From positions 661,681 to 725,680 of the forward strand of contig OY729416.1 of the NCBI GenBank assembly GCA_963422265.1: 64,000 nt of DNA, given 5' to 3'. A program made the translations under genes and the position numbers. This document shows, piece by piece, positions 39,386-50,971 of this stretch. How positions within the stretch are numbered: position 1 is the first letter of the stretch; each line of letters starts with the position of its first letter. Source of the stretch: Thermodesulfobacteriota bacterium (GTDB taxonomy: Bacteria; Desulfobacterota_D; UBA1144; Nemesobacterales; UBA2774). The notes below the pieces were generated by a model that worked only from the letters and a program-made list of their open reading frames with translations, searched no databases and was not told the DNA's origin.

Positions 39386-42300
39386 TCACTCTACCGTTAG
39401 TTTTGCCTTCTTGGCTTTGGACTTCTTAGCAATAAACTTTTTAAGTTCCCTTCCATCCGTTTTAAGAAGCTGCTTGAGGCGTGACGCGTTTACCTCAGCA
39501 ACAATAATATCGCCTACTTCCATGTGAACGTTCCCATAAATTTGAAGAGCCTGCATACCCTTGGTCTGTTTCTGGTTGTCCTCAGTGGGGCTTACGTAAT
39601 GGACTGAGATAGCCTTATACCTATGAATCAGGAACAAATGTATCAAAGCCATCAATCTCTTCTGGCGATATTTAGCGTCAAACGTATTTTGATCCCTTAC
39701 GGAAATTGTGGGTTTACCCGTGCGGTCATGGATCGTAGTGAAGACAACATCCGCTATCTTTTTCTCTTCTTCGTCATAAACCCCTAGTTCAAGGATATCC
39801 GAACCAGCGGTATGAGGCCTTAGCCGAACGTGGAAATATCCAGGGAAATTATTATGAGCCGTCCATAACTCTAGCCACTGCTCTAAAAGTTTAGGTGGCA
39901 CCTCAGTCTCCACCAAGTGCTGGACCTGAGTAGAACCCTTACCCATAGCCTTAGTGGTAGCGGTGCGACCCGAAGAAGCAGAAAGGGCGCTATCCAGACG
40001 TGGACCACCAACCAAGGTCTGCGGCGTTTTGTAAGGCGAATCAAGCAGTCTGAACTTCCTCTGCAACCTAGCCAGCGCCAGCATACCATCTTGTCTAAGC
40101 GCAGTGGCGAACTCTTCGGTGGCAAGTCCGTCAATCTGGTGACCTCCGTAAGTAATAAAATCAAAAACGTAACCGAGCTTGCCGATCTCCTCGGGGAAAA
40201 CTCTCATCTCATCCTCGGTCATACCCGTAGTATCCCAGTTGAAGGATGGCGACAAATTGTAAGCAAGCATCTTATCAGGATAGACAGCGTGAATAGCATT
40301 GGCGAACTGCCTTGCTTCTTCTAAATTAGCGGTCTTAGTCTCCATCCATATAAGATCGGCGTAGGGTGCTACTGCTAAGGACTTAGCAATCGCATATTCA
40401 ATACCGCCTTTCACTTGATAGTAGCCCTCAGGGGTTCGGGCAAGTTCACAATCCCACGAAGCCTCAACCCCCATTGACCTAGCTTGTTCACGTGCATTGT
40501 GAAACGAAGTGTGAGCCGCCAGCTCAAACCATTCATCAATACTCATACTCAGCTTCCTGCCCTCTTCTATCTGAAATTCCATCTTGTCGGCAACCGCCTG
40601 CGCGAACGTCATAAGACCGGACTCCACTTCCCATACCTCAACAAACTTTGACACCGCATTGTCAAGCGGCTTGGTAATACTCCTTTCCTGTCCATCTTTA
40701 AGTGCCTGAATACTTTCATCAATAATTAAAGTCAAGCCCACTTGATCAAACCATTTATAAGTCTCTCCATATTCAGAATCAGAAAGTTGATACAAGAGAT
40801 GACCGTTGACGTCGGTTACACCTTTATCAAAGAATCTTTTAAGTATCGCCAGATAACAATTCTTATAGCCAGGTATGTTAATATTTGTAGCTCCAAGGAT
40901 GAATGGGTGGTCACGCTCGTCACCCCTTCCGTCAAGAAGGGTCGCCGCCTCGGCATCAGTTCTGGCAACGATAATCCCCGGGACCTTCATAATATCAAGC
41001 TGGAATCTAGCGGCGTTTAATCTCTTTATTTGCTCGTCAACTGGGACAAGCACTTTACCCCCTTGGTGTCCACACTTTTTTGTGCCGGGCTTTTGATCCT
41101 CAATGTGATATCCAGTAACCCCAACTTCAACAAACCTTCGTATGAGATTCCTCACATGGGCATCTCCGCCATGTCCCGTATCAGCGTCAGCAATAATAAA
41201 AGGCCTGTAGTCATAGTGTGGGGTAGATTTTCTCTCCTTATCAGACATTCTTGACCTTAGAAACGTCTGGTTTTTATCAGCAGTAAGTAGAGCGCGCACT
41301 AAAACCGCCGCTTCATCGGGCACTTGGCTAAGCGGATAGCTCGCCAGATCTGAACCAGGGTCCTCCTGAACGGATCCCTTCGCCGATGTTGCCCATCCCC
41401 CCAGGTAGATAGCCTCAACCCCGATCCTTTTCATGACAACCGCCTGACCCGGAGAGTAAGGACCAAAACTAGTAACCTGCTTGCCCTGTGAAAAGAGAAC
41501 TCTAAGACGTCTATAAAACTCCTCAGAATATCTTCTCGCTATAGGATAGTCGTTCTCAAGAGTGCCCCTCTGCTGCACAACTTGGCGGGCGGAGTAAAGA
41601 CGTCTAATACCCTTAAACCGAGGCCTCGCAAACCATTCTTTTGTTGCTTGCACTTCTCTTTCAAATGAATCAAGCTCATCCTCATAAAAAGTATCAAAAC
41701 CACCTTCAGGCATAAAGTCTAAATTCTCGGTAATTCTACTTCCATCCTTCTTAAACGCGTCCATATATTGCTTTATTCTTATTTTAGCAGTAGGCAGATC
41801 GTGGTTGTTTAAGTTAATATTCAACAGGTCAATATACCAAGGCGTTTTAACATCATCCTGAACGTAAGTCTCTACTATTTCCCTCGCAATCGGCAACGTA
41901 GTAGGCTTGGAGTTATCATGAACATCTTTGTCCTTTGCTTTAAGAAGCTTGTCGTATTCCTCGGCTAAGAGCTTTTTGAAGAGTCCAACCGTGAACACGT
42001 CTTCCTTATTCACTTTCGTTTCTTTGTCAGCTTCTGTAAGCTTTGCGCCCTTATGTACCCACTCCCAGAGTATGCTCAGGCGAATCTCCCCTGTGGCAGC
42101 GTCTTCCATAAGATAGAGTATATTATCGTCACCAAAGAAATCCGCTGGCTTAAGAGCCGCTGCCTGAAAGCCCTGGCCAAAGGCGTTACCATATTGAAGC
42201 GCCACGCTAATCAAATTCCTCGCTCCCCTAATTGTTCTTGGCGCCGTTTCGAGAAGCCTAAGTCCATCGGCGTCCTGATCAGTATAAGTGAGAATAGGGA

Positions 42301-43636
42301 AACTTCTTCCAAGCTGATTGTCGTCCCCAACCCTTTGCCACACAGGTCTTATGATGTGAACCATCTTCCAATGCGCTACCCACTTTCCACTGGCGCCCTC
42401 TTTCTGTTCCCTAACCGCCCCGGCGAGCGCTTTCTCCATACTACTCTTAACACCCTCTTCTGCACCTACTGGAATATTGGGCTCCATCCCACCCTGCCAT
42501 AAAGCAAAGTTGCCGTTCACGTCAGGGATATTCACAGCCCGTCTTGCGCGGTCCTCGTAATTCCTCATATAACCATAAGTCATGGTGATTGATTCTATAT
42601 TGGGATTAACGAAATCTATATCCCAAGCCATAGCGTCTGAGACACTGTTTATATAGTCCCACCTTCCCGTGTTGAATCCCACGAAATGCCTGCCTAAAGC
42701 CGCTCTGATCTCCATTAGTTGGAACGTCGCCTCAATCTGTTCTATCAACACATAAACCTTAATGGTGCCGACTGGAATATCGAGATGATCTTCTAAAGCG
42801 GAAATGAGCTGATTCCAGAAAGAGGCTTCCTCGGCCGTTTGAATCTTAGGCAGATACAACACTATAGAAGAACCCGTTTTATCAAGCGTCTGGTAGTTGT
42901 TCACTACGTAAAGTGCCAAGTCCGCTATTGAAGCCGAAAGCGCTAGACCATTCTCGTCCCGTATATGCCTATCGTCTAGGTGTAAACCGCGGGTGCGGAA
43001 AATTTTAGTGGTAAAATCAAGCTGTTTACGCCAGTCGCTTATTATCTCTTTATTGAAAAAACCCGTAGCCCATTTGTTCATCCCTTTAGATACCTGCTCG
43101 GCAATGTTCAAAAAAACAGGGTCTTTACTAATGGCTAGTTTTAGATTTCTCTGGTTATCAAGGGACATAGACGTAATTTGTCCCAGAGCGTCCTCACCAT
43201 CAAACATCCATCCATCTGCGCCGGATAACAAAGCGTAGGCTACGTTACGTATGCTCTTTTCAACCGGCGAATTAGGCTTAGCAGCTGGTCCAGTTCCCTG
43301 CACCCATTGTCTCTGTAAATCATGAGGAATTTCAGAACCGACAAACTTTCCATCCCTTGCATCTTGAACCACTATATTTGTACTCGGTATAAAGTCGTTA
43401 GGATCAAGGAATCTAATTCTCTCCCTGTTCCTAAACCTCTGCACCCTTCTGGCGTATCGTTTTTCCATAAGCACCTTCTGATCCTTATTAAAAACGGACA
43501 GTGCCTTGAGGGCATCAACAACCTCGGGGGTATATATATCGGTATATTCACTTTCCAGACCATCTCTTATCTGTAAACCTCTTGGGACTGAAATAGTTTT
43601 TGATGCTTCATTAGATAATCTGCGAACGGTACTCAT
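39386..43636 (-). CDS. Bifunctional glyoxylate-cycle enzyme: malate synthase (N-terminal) fused to isocitrate lyase (central), plus unknown C-terminal domain
   Basis: 1416 aa. Malate synthase motif [11 protein letters not shown] in the N-terminal roughly 550 aa. ICL region starts about aa 655 with catalytic KKCGHQGGK and runs to about aa 1260. The last roughly 150 aa have no recognised homology. Confidence 0.85.
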   Translation of the reverse strand: MSTVRRLSNEASKTISVPRGLQIRDGLESEYTDIYTPEVVDALKALSVFNKDQKVLMEKRYARRVQRFRNRERIRFLDPNDFIPSTNIVVQDARDGKFVGSEIPHDLQRQWVQGTGPAAKPNSPVEKSIRNVAYALLSGADGWMFDGEDALGQITSMSLDNQRNLKLAISKDPVFLNIAEQVSKGMNKWATGFFNKEIISDWRKQLDFTTKIFRTRGLHLDDRHIRDENGLALSASIADLALYVVNNYQTLDKTGSSIVLYLPKIQTAEEASFWNQLISALEDHLDIPVGTIKVYVLIEQIEATFQLMEIRAALGRHFVGFNTGRWDYINSVSDAMAWDIDFVNPNIESITMTYGYMRNYEDRARRAVNIPDVNGNFALWQGGMEPNIPVGAEEGVKSSMEKALAGAVREQKEGASGKWVAHWKMVHIIRPVWQRVGDDNQLGRSFPILTYTDQDADGLRLLETAPRTIRGARNLISVALQYGNAFGQGFQAAALKPADFFGDDNILYLMEDAATGEIRLSILWEWVHKGAKLTEADKETKVNKEDVFTVGLFKKLLAEEYDKLLKAKDKDVHDNSKPTTLPIAREIVETYVQDDVKTPWYIDLLNINLNNHDLPTAKIRIKQYMDAFKKDGSRITENLDFMPEGGFDTFYEDELDSFEREVQATKEWFARPRFKGIRRLYSARQVVQQRGTLENDYPIARRYSEEFYRRLRVLFSQGKQVTSFGPYSPGQAVVMKRIGVEAIYLGGWATSAKGSVQEDPGSDLASYPLSQVPDEAAVLVRALLTADKNQTFLRSRMSDKERKSTPHYDYRPFIIADADTGHGGDAHVRNLIRRFVEVGVTGYHIEDQKPGTKKCGHQGGKVLVPVDEQIKRLNAARFQLDIMKVPGIIVARTDAEAATLLDGRGDERDHPFILGATNINIPGYKNCYLAILKRFFDKGVTDVNGHLLYQLSDSEYGETYKWFDQVGLTLIIDESIQALKDGQERSITKPLDNAVSKFVEVWEVESGLMTFAQAVADKMEFQIEEGRKLSMSIDEWFELAAHTSFHNAREQARSMGVEASWDCELARTPEGYYQVKGGIEYAIAKSLAVAPYADLIWMETKTANLEEARQFANAIHAVYPDKMLAYNLSPSFNWDTTGMTEDEMRVFPEEIGKLGYVFDFITYGGHQIDGLATEEFATALRQDGMLALARLQRKFRLLDSPYKTPQTLVGGPRLDSALSASSGRTATTKAMGKGSTQVQHLVETEVPPKLLEQWLELWTAHNNFPGYFHVRLRPHTAGSDILELGVYDEEEKKIADVVFTTIHDRTGKPTISVRDQNTFDAKYRQKRLMALIHLFLIHRYKAISVHYVSPTEDNQKQTKGMQALQIYGNVHMEVGDIIVAEVNASRLKQLLKTDGRELKKFIAKKSKAKKAKLTVE

Positions 43637-44025
43637 ATTCCCCTGCTCTCCTTAAAATATTGGGTTATTAATTTAATCGGCTTCTTACTTCGTAAAACTA
43701 TAGAGAAATGACGCAAGATTATAATACAAGTTCTGGTTAAAGCAAATAAAATCTTAACATTACTCTGATTAAATATGGAAACTCGTTCCCCGGACCCCTT
43801 TTTAGATTCCTGTTCGGAAGTGGGAACGACGATCTCCTCATATCATCCACCTTATAACTCCCACCCATTCAATCGTTTTGATGAAAGAGAGAAACTTGTA
43901 TATCTACTTATAGGGGTCCAGAAACTCTGAAAAGCTATCCTCGAGAAGGTGAAAAATAAAGAGAATCTGAAACAAATTCAGGGTGGTTTAAGGGTATATT
44001 TAAATAGCTTTTACACAAGAAATGG

Positions 44026-45426
44026 CTAGCTTAGGTCTTCTTTTAGACTCTTAACTATTCCTTCCACCATTTTCTTTCCATCCCCGAAAAGCATAAGGGT
44101 ATTGTCCGCAGCGAATAGAGGATTAGGAATACCAGCGAATCCTGGACTTAGACTTCGCTTGATCACGACAACCGTCTTTGAGTAATCTACATCTAAAATT
44201 GGCATCCCCGCTATTGGGCTCTGAGGATCCGTCCTTGCAACTGGGTTAACCACATCGTTCGCTCCAATAATAATAGTAACATCAACCTGCCTAAAGCCAG
44301 GGTTAATATCATCCATATCTTTAAGCCTGTCATAAGGAATATCAGCTTCTGCAAGAAGAACATTCATATGTCCAGGCATACGTCCCGCCACGGGATGCAC
44401 ACCGAACTCAACAATAGCGCCATGACCCTCTAGCAAGTCGAAAAGCTCTCTTACCGCGTGCTGCGCCTGAGCAACCGCCATTCCATAACCGGGGACTACG
44501 CATACCTTTTTAGCTCCCTCAAGAAGCATCGCAACCTCTTCGGGGGAAGTCGCTTTCACCTTGCCCTTATAAACGTCATCTGCTGAAGGTCCCCCTTCAA
44601 CGGCGCCAAAAGTGCCGAATAGGACATCAGTCAAAGAACGGTTCATCGCTTTACACATTATTATCGTTAATATGATTCCCGATGCTCCCACCAAAGTTCC
44701 CGCCACGATAAGCACAGTGTTATGAAAGACAAACCCCGTTGCGGCAGCGGCTAATCCAGAGAATGAATTTAAGAGAGCTATAACGACCGGCATATCCGCC
44801 CCGCCTATTGGAATCACAAATAGAATTCCCAGTACGGAAGCAGCTATAACCATCAGCCAATACAATGTTGAAGATCCAGGATAAACCACCATAAAGTAGG
44901 CAAAAACCAGCGTTAAAAGTGCTAGAATGATTTTGACTATTTGATCTCCGGGATAGCGGACTGATCCCTCATCCGCGAGACCCTGAAGCTTGCCGAATGC
45001 GACAAGACTTCCCCAGAACGTAACCGCACCTATGAGCCCAGAAACAAACGTAGCAATAGAAGACTGAGGGTTCACCGATTCAGGACCTATTAGGATGGAC
45101 GTTTCAAGTAATGCAGCCCCTGCAACTAAGACGGATGCTATTCCACCGAACCCGTTATACAAGGCGACTAGCTGAGGCATTGCGGTCATTTGAATCCTGA
45201 TAGCCAAAGCGGATCCTATTCCACCCCCAACTATGATCCCAGCGAATATTATCCAGTAACTGACGATATTCTTATGAAGCAAAGTTACCAAGACGGCTAA
45301 GAGCATTCCCAGAGCGCCGAGCAGGTTTCCCCTGACTGCCGTTCTAGGATGGGAAAGCCCCTTGAGGCCAAATATAAACAAAGCCGCAGCTATTAAATAG
45401 ATGATGTTGACGAGCTCAGAAGACAT
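44026..45426 (-). CDS. pntB: NAD(P) transhydrogenase subunit beta
   Basis: 466 aa: membrane domain then C-terminal NADP(H)-binding dIII with GYGMAVAQAQH. Confidence 0.9.
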   Translation of the reverse strand: MSSELVNIIYLIAAALFIFGLKGLSHPRTAVRGNLLGALGMLLAVLVTLLHKNIVSYWIIFAGIIVGGGIGSALAIRIQMTAMPQLVALYNGFGGIASVLVAGAALLETSILIGPESVNPQSSIATFVSGLIGAVTFWGSLVAFGKLQGLADEGSVRYPGDQIVKIILALLTLVFAYFMVVYPGSSTLYWLMVIAASVLGILFVIPIGGADMPVVIALLNSFSGLAAAATGFVFHNTVLIVAGTLVGASGIILTIIMCKAMNRSLTDVLFGTFGAVEGGPSADDVYKGKVKATSPEEVAMLLEGAKKVCVVPGYGMAVAQAQHAVRELFDLLEGHGAIVEFGVHPVAGRMPGHMNVLLAEADIPYDRLKDMDDINPGFRQVDVTIIIGANDVVNPVARTDPQSPIAGMPILDVDYSKTVVVIKRSLSPGFAGIPNPLFAADNTLMLFGDGKKMVEGIVKSLKEDLS

Positions 45427-45428
45427 AT

Positions 45429-45710
45429 TTAATCCTTCCTTTTGAACATCTCTAACATTCGGTTGGTCACCATAAATCCACCCACAACATTAATTGTCGC
45501 AAGAGCAACTGCAAGAAATCCAAGCACGGTAGTAAGCAACGTGACCTGAGTCCCCGCTGATAGTATTGCCCCTATTAGAATAATTCCTGATATAGCGTTT
45601 GAGCCCGACATTAAAGGGGTATGGAGCGTAGGAGGAACCTTAGTTATTACCTCAAAACCCACAAAAGCAGCTAGAACAAATATGGTAAACGCCATTGCAA
45701 AGCTATCCAT
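45429..45710 (-). CDS. pntA: NAD(P) transhydrogenase subunit alpha part 2 (membrane)
   Basis: 93 aa, three TM helices of the PntAB type. Sits between the dI subunit and pntB. Confidence 0.85.
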   Translation of the reverse strand: MDSFAMAFTIFVLAAFVGFEVITKVPPTLHTPLMSGSNAISGIILIGAILSAGTQVTLLTTVLGFLAVALATINVVGGFMVTNRMLEMFKRKD

Positions 45711-45740
45711 TTTGTAGCCCTCCCGAATTTAGTCCTCTTC

Positions 45741-46916
45741 CTATAATCGCAAACTTTCCCTTACCCGATCGTTGACTACTTTGCCGTCGTCAGTAATAAG
45801 AGTTTCCCTTAGTATTTCATCCTCTAAATCTATGTAGAGCTTTTCATCTTTAACCATTAAAAGAAGAAGATTTGCAATATTCTTGGAATACATCTGACTC
45901 GCATGATAAGGAACGCTTGACGGAACGTTTTGCGGACCTATGACAGTTACTCCGTCTTTCCTAATAGTCTTACCCGCTTCCGTAAATTCACAATTACCGC
46001 CGCTCTCAGCCGCAAGATCTACTATTACGGATCCCTGACCCATACCTGCAACCATCTCCTTAGTAACCAGAATCGGCGCTTTCCTGCCTGGAATTGCCGC
46101 TGTAGTTATAACGGCATCGCTTTCAGCAATAACCTTAGCCATGAGATCCTGCTGCTTTTTGTAAAACTCTTCATCCATCTCTTTTGCGTAACCACCCTCG
46201 TCTTCAGAGTCCCCTGCTTCAAGCTCAAGCTCTACGAATTTCGCCCCCAAGCTCTGCACCTGCTCTTTGACGGCAGGACGAACGTCATAAGCCGAGACTA
46301 CGGCTCCTAGACGATTGCATGTAGCTATCGCCTGCAGTCCCGCCACCCCAGCACCAACAACAAAAACACGAGCTGGTGTGATCGTTCCGGCGGCGGTCAT
46401 CATCATCGGAAACATTCTTGCAAGGGATTGCGCCGCTATCAGAGCAGCTTTGTAGCCTGCAATGTTAGCCTGTGAAGAAAGAACATCCATGCTCTGGGCT
46501 CGCGTGATACGCGGAACAAGCTCCAGCGCAAATGCCTTAACCCCTTTTAATGCTAGGGCATTTACCGCCTGCTTATTAGTCAAAGCATCTAAAAGTCCTA
46601 TTAATATCTTACCTTTCCCAAGCTTCTTTAGATCCTCAGCGTCACTATCGGGATTGCAACCTACTACCCTTACTTGCAAGAGCACGTCCGCCTTCGCAAA
46701 TACTTCATCGCGGTCGGAAATAACCGCTCCTTGCTCTTTATACATCTCATCAGTAAAGCCCGCTTCTAATCCTGCACCCGACTCTACGCGCACGGTGAAG
46801 CCCGCATTACTAAGCGCAGGTAGTCCACTAGGAATTAATGCCACCCGTCTTTCCCCGGCAAACGTTTCTTTTAAGATTCCAACGATCATATTATTGCTTC
46901 GACCACCATTCTCCAA
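45741..46916 (-). CDS. pntA: NAD(P) transhydrogenase subunit alpha part 1 (dI, alanine-dehydrogenase-like)
   Basis: Rossmann GAGVAGLQA and AlaDH/PNT N- and C-terminal domains. The track start is TTG; the real start is probably ATG at 46889 (MIVGILKE…). Confidence 0.85.
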   Translation of the reverse strand: MENGGRSNNMIVGILKETFAGERRVALIPSGLPALSNAGFTVRVESGAGLEAGFTDEMYKEQGAVISDRDEVFAKADVLLQVRVVGCNPDSDAEDLKKLGKGKILIGLLDALTNKQAVNALALKGVKAFALELVPRITRAQSMDVLSSQANIAGYKAALIAAQSLARMFPMMMTAAGTITPARVFVVGAGVAGLQAIATCNRLGAVVSAYDVRPAVKEQVQSLGAKFVELELEAGDSEDEGGYAKEMDEEFYKKQQDLMAKVIAESDAVITTAAIPGRKAPILVTKEMVAGMGQGSVIVDLAAESGGNCEFTEAGKTIRKDGVTVIGPQNVPSSVPYHASQMYSKNIANLLLLMVKDEKLYIDLEDEILRETLITDDGKVVNDRVRESLRL

Positions 46917-47206
46917 TTTTTACATTCCATCTTTACCCTCTTTACATTCCCTTCTTCCCCTTCTTCCCTTTTTCTGTTACCAACAAATAGTTATATCAGT
47001 ATCTATACCTGTTAGCTTTTAATAATTCAAGACTATATATCAAATTTGCTTACACATTATATGAAAAGCTATCAAAGATTAGAAATTTTATTCATTAATG
47101 AAAACTAGTCAAGTTAAAGCAAATAAGATTTGCTAAACACTTCCAATGCAAAATTTTTATGATATGATACCCACCTCTAAAAATAGATTTCAATAGGGTT
47201 TATATT

Positions 47207-48511
47207 ATGAACATCGCCGTAATAGGAACAGGATACGTCGGATTAGTCACCGGGGCATGTTTGGCGGAAAGTGGAAATAACGTCATTTGCGTTGATATTG
47301 ATGAAGAAAAAATAAGGAGTCTTGAAAAAGCTAAGGTTCCGTTCTATGAACCTGGACTTGAAGATATAGTAAAAAAGAATCTAAGTGAAAAAAGGCTTTG
47401 TTTTACCACTGATATTAAGAAGGCGGTAGAAAATTCTTTAATAATTTTCATTGCCGTGGGCACCCCACCAGGAAAAGATGGCTCGGCGGATACGAGTGCG
47501 GTACTTAACGTCGCTAAAAGTATAGGTGAAAACCTCAATTCTTATAAAATTGTAGCTACAAAGAGCACAGTCCCGGTAGGCACTACAGAGATGATCCAAA
47601 ATGAAATAAAGAGCACAACGGACGTTGCATTTGACGTAGCTTCCAATCCAGAGTTTCTGAAAGAAGGGGCTGCAGTTGAGGATTTTATGAAGCCCGACAG
47701 GGTAATAATTGGGGTCGAAAGCAAAGAGGCGGGACAAACCTTAAAAGAGCTTTACGCTCCTTTTATGAGGTCGAGTGAAAGGGCGCTTATAATATCTATA
47801 AGGTCATCAGAGCTTGCCAAATATACAGCGAACGCCATGCTCGCAACCCGAATCTCCTTTATGAATGAAATAGCTAATCTGTGCGAAATTGTAGGGGCGG
47901 ACGTCTCTGACGTCAGACACGCGGTTGGTGCGGACGAAAGGATCGGTCATCACTTCCTATTTCCTGGAATAGGGTATGGTGGTTCGTGTTTCCCAAAAGA
48001 CGTGAAGGCGCTGATTAGCACAGCCAAAAATTTGGACTATGAACTTAAGATATGTGCAGCTACGGATAAAGTAAATAATAGACAAAGAGAGTTGTTTTGG
48101 AATAAGATAGAGAGGTTTCATAGCGGTAGCCTGCGCGGAAAAAAGTTTGGAGTTTGGGGCCTGTCTTTTAAGCCCAAGACGGACGATATAAGAGAAGCGC
48201 CGGCTATTTTTATAGTTGAAAAACTTATTGCAGAGGGTGCTAATATAATCGTTCATGATCCGGCTGCCACGAAAAACACAAGAGCGCATTTTGGGAATAG
48301 TATCTCCTATGCAAAATCTAATTATGGTGCTTGTGAGGGCGCCGACGCGCTTATCATCAACACTGAATGGAATGAGTATCGTCAACCTGATTTCTCGAGG
48401 ATGAAAAACATTATGGAAAAACTCGTGATCTTTGATGGAAGAAACCTCTACGATCCTCAAAAACTTGCAAATATGGGTTTTAAGTATATTGGTGTGGGCA
48501 TAAGAAACTGA
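47207..48511 (+). CDS. ugd: UDP-glucose 6-dehydrogenase
   Basis: 434 aa with N-terminal Rossmann MNIAVIGTGYVGL and catalytic Cys in GGSCFPKD. Confidence 0.9.
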   Translation: MNIAVIGTGYVGLVTGACLAESGNNVICVDIDEEKIRSLEKAKVPFYEPGLEDIVKKNLSEKRLCFTTDIKKAVENSLIIFIAVGTPPGKDGSADTSAVLNVAKSIGENLNSYKIVATKSTVPVGTTEMIQNEIKSTTDVAFDVASNPEFLKEGAAVEDFMKPDRVIIGVESKEAGQTLKELYAPFMRSSERALIISIRSSELAKYTANAMLATRISFMNEIANLCEIVGADVSDVRHAVGADERIGHHFLFPGIGYGGSCFPKDVKALISTAKNLDYELKICAATDKVNNRQRELFWNKIERFHSGSLRGKKFGVWGLSFKPKTDDIREAPAIFIVEKLIAEGANIIVHDPAATKNTRAHFGNSISYAKSNYGACEGADALIINTEWNEYRQPDFSRMKNIMEKLVIFDGRNLYDPQKLANMGFKYIGVGIRN

Positions 48512-48518
48512 AGACATA

Positions 48519-50870
48519 ATGACCAAATCGCTTGTAATCGTAGAATCTCCCGCGAAAGCTAGGACTATAAAAAAATACCTTGGCGAAGGTTTTAACGTAG
48601 AAGCTTCATCAGGGCATCTAATAGATCTCCCTGTCAGCGAGCTCGGCGTTGATATTGAAAACGACTTCGCTCCCCAATACGTAGTTATAAAGGGAAAGAA
48701 CAAATTCCTAAATCAACTCAAAAAAGCCGCTAAGAACGCACATAAAGTCTATTTAGCGTCTGACCCCGACAGAGAAGGCGAGGCGATTGCATGGCACATT
48801 GCGGAGAGACTGAACATAAGAGACAGGTCTGAGAGGATTCTTATTCGCGAAATTACGGAACAGGCGGTAAAAGATTCTATAAATAACCCTACGACGCTTA
48901 GCCAAGACCGGTTTGAAGCACAGCAAGCCAGAAGAATCCTCGATCGTCTTGTGGGCTATCAAGTAAGTCCGATACTGTGGAGGAAACTCAAGAAGGGCCT
49001 CAGCGCCGGAAGGGTGCAGAGCGTAGCTTTAAGACTCATAGTTGAAAGGGAACGAGAAATCAAGGCTTTCAAACCACTGGAATATTGGACGATAGAATCT
49101 AAATTAAAGCGTCCTCAGGATAATGAAAATGAGGCTTTCAAGGCTACTCTTACTAAATTTGACAGTAGAAAAACATCTATGTCAAGCGAAGAGCAGGCGA
49201 ACTCAATACTGAATTCAATAAAGCACGAGAAATTTACAGTTTCAAAAGTTGAAAGAAAGGATAAGAAAAGAAACGCCCAGCCCCCTTTTATAACCAGCAC
49301 GCTACAGCGTGAGTCATCACTAAAGCTTAGGTTCTCGGCAAAGAGAACTATGGCTCTTGCCCAAAAGCTCTATGAAGGAGTAGAGCTTGGCAAAGAAGGT
49401 CCCGTTGGCTTAATTACCTATATGAGGACGGATTCCGTGAGGACTTCGGACTTAGCCTTGAGCGAGGTGAGGGCTCACATTAAAGAGTTCTATGGAGAGT
49501 CCTATCTTCCTCAAAAGCCCAATTCATTTAAGATTAAGAAATCCGCTCAGGATGCACACGAATGTATAAGACCTACTTTCGTAAATAAGACCCCTGATTC
49601 GGTAAAAGAATTCCTACAAAAGGATGAACACAATCTTTACAAACTCGTATGGCAAAGATTCGTAGCCTCCCAGATGAGACCAATGATATACGATCAGACA
49701 ACCCTTGACACTGAGGCAGGTAGAGGCATTTTCCGCTCCACTGGCTCTATTGTTAAATTTCCCGGTTTTTCCACCATCTACCTTGAAGGTAAGGAAGAGG
49801 AGGAAAAACAGGAAAGCGATGAAACTAGAAAACTTCCAGAGGTAAAGAAAGGAGATGTCTTAGACCTCCTTGGTATTGAAGGGAAGCAGCACTTTACCCA
49901 GCCACCCCCACGATTCACCGAAAGCTCTCTTGTGAAAGAACTTGAAGACAAGGGAATAGGACGACCTTCAACTTACGCCTCTATTCTTTCTACGATTCAG
50001 GATCGGGAATACGTTATAAAAGAAAAGAACAAGCTTCAGCCAACAACCTTGGGAATATCGGCAAATGATCTCTTAATACAGGGATTTCCTCAAATCATGG
50101 ACGTAAAGTTCACCGCCAATATGGAAAGCAACCTAGATGACATTGAGGATGGAAACGTCAATTGGATAGAGCTTTTGAAAAGCTTCTATGAAGATTTATC
50201 AAGCCGTTTGGAGCAAATCCAAAAAGGGATTCAAACCGATGTCAAGTGTGATAAATGCGGCGCGCCGATGATAATAAAATTGAGTAGAAACGGGGAATTC
50301 TTATCATGTTCAACATATCCCGAATGTAAGAATGCAAAGCCATTCGAATATGATCCAGACGGCAACGTTAAACTCATAGAAAAGGTAGAGCCAAAGTTAA
50401 TTGATAGTATCTTGTGCGATAAATGCAACTCTCCTATGGCTATTAAAAACAGCAGGAGAGGCGAGTTCCTCGGATGCTCGGCTTATCCTAAATGCAAGAA
50501 TGCAAAGCCATTCGAATATGATCCAGACGGCAACGTTAAACTCATAGAAAAGGTAGAGCCAAAGTTAATTGATAGTATCTTGTGCGATAAATGCAACTCT
50601 CCTATGGCTATTAAAAACAGCAGGAGAGGCGAGTTCCTCGGATGCTCGGCTTATCCTAAATGTAAGAACGCAAAGCCATTCGAATATGATTCTCAAGGTA
50701 GGATCAAGGTTCTCGAAAAAGAGGAGCCACAAATAAGAGAAGATATAAAATGTGAAAAATGTGGAAAGCCCATGGCTTTAAGAAAAGGGAGGTTCGGGAA
50801 CTTTCTTGGGTGCACCGGCTATCCTAAATGTAGAAACGTCATTAAAACCGAGGATGAGATTAGTCACTAA
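48519..50870 (+). CDS. topA: DNA topoisomerase I with four C-terminal C4 zinc ribbons
   Basis: Toprim (IVESPAKA), catalytic Tyr region (LITYMRTDS), then four zinc-ribbon repeats Cx2C…Cx2C. Confidence 0.95.
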   Translation: MTKSLVIVESPAKARTIKKYLGEGFNVEASSGHLIDLPVSELGVDIENDFAPQYVVIKGKNKFLNQLKKAAKNAHKVYLASDPDREGEAIAWHIAERLNIRDRSERILIREITEQAVKDSINNPTTLSQDRFEAQQARRILDRLVGYQVSPILWRKLKKGLSAGRVQSVALRLIVEREREIKAFKPLEYWTIESKLKRPQDNENEAFKATLTKFDSRKTSMSSEEQANSILNSIKHEKFTVSKVERKDKKRNAQPPFITSTLQRESSLKLRFSAKRTMALAQKLYEGVELGKEGPVGLITYMRTDSVRTSDLALSEVRAHIKEFYGESYLPQKPNSFKIKKSAQDAHECIRPTFVNKTPDSVKEFLQKDEHNLYKLVWQRFVASQMRPMIYDQTTLDTEAGRGIFRSTGSIVKFPGFSTIYLEGKEEEEKQESDETRKLPEVKKGDVLDLLGIEGKQHFTQPPPRFTESSLVKELEDKGIGRPSTYASILSTIQDREYVIKEKNKLQPTTLGISANDLLIQGFPQIMDVKFTANMESNLDDIEDGNVNWIELLKSFYEDLSSRLEQIQKGIQTDVKCDKCGAPMIIKLSRNGEFLSCSTYPECKNAKPFEYDPDGNVKLIEKVEPKLIDSILCDKCNSPMAIKNSRRGEFLGCSAYPKCKNAKPFEYDPDGNVKLIEKVEPKLIDSILCDKCNSPMAIKNSRRGEFLGCSAYPKCKNAKPFEYDSQGRIKVLEKEEPQIREDIKCEKCGKPMALRKGRFGNFLGCTGYPKCRNVIKTEDEISH
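50331..50666 (+). repeat. Perfect 168-bp tandem duplication (x2, plus diverged partial third copy) inside topA
   Basis: 50331-50498 is identical to 50499-50666. It encodes two identical 56-aa zinc-ribbon modules (KPFEYDPDGNVKLIEKVEPKLIDSILCDKCNSPMAIKNSRRGEFLGCSAYPKCKNA). Confidence 0.9.
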
Positions 50871-50971
50871 ATTCATTCTAAAACCCTTGTCGGTTGACTT
50901 AGCTGATCCTTTACCTTACAGTTTTAGTTTTACTATAGATAATCTAACTGACTAACCAAGACCATTTAGAA

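Noticed and set aside
39917-40324. 135-aa ORF antisense within the malate synthase/ICL gene (and other antisense ORFs, for example 29938-30435, 47957-48703, 36612-37037)
   Set aside because: They lie entirely inside strongly supported genes on the opposite strand and show no motifs. They are typical shadow ORFs.
43637-44025. 389-bp gap between pntB and the MS-ICL gene, scanned for terminator or riboswitch
   Set aside because: Only weak inverted repeats (tcgttccc…gggaacga with a 38-nt loop, and ggggtcc inverted pair 120 nt apart). No recognisable riboswitch core or canonical terminator.
50331-50690. Considered whether the topA tandem repeat could be a CRISPR-like array
   Set aside because: Only about 2 copies of 168 bp with no spacers, in frame within a protein-coding gene. 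It is a coding-module duplication, not CRISPR.
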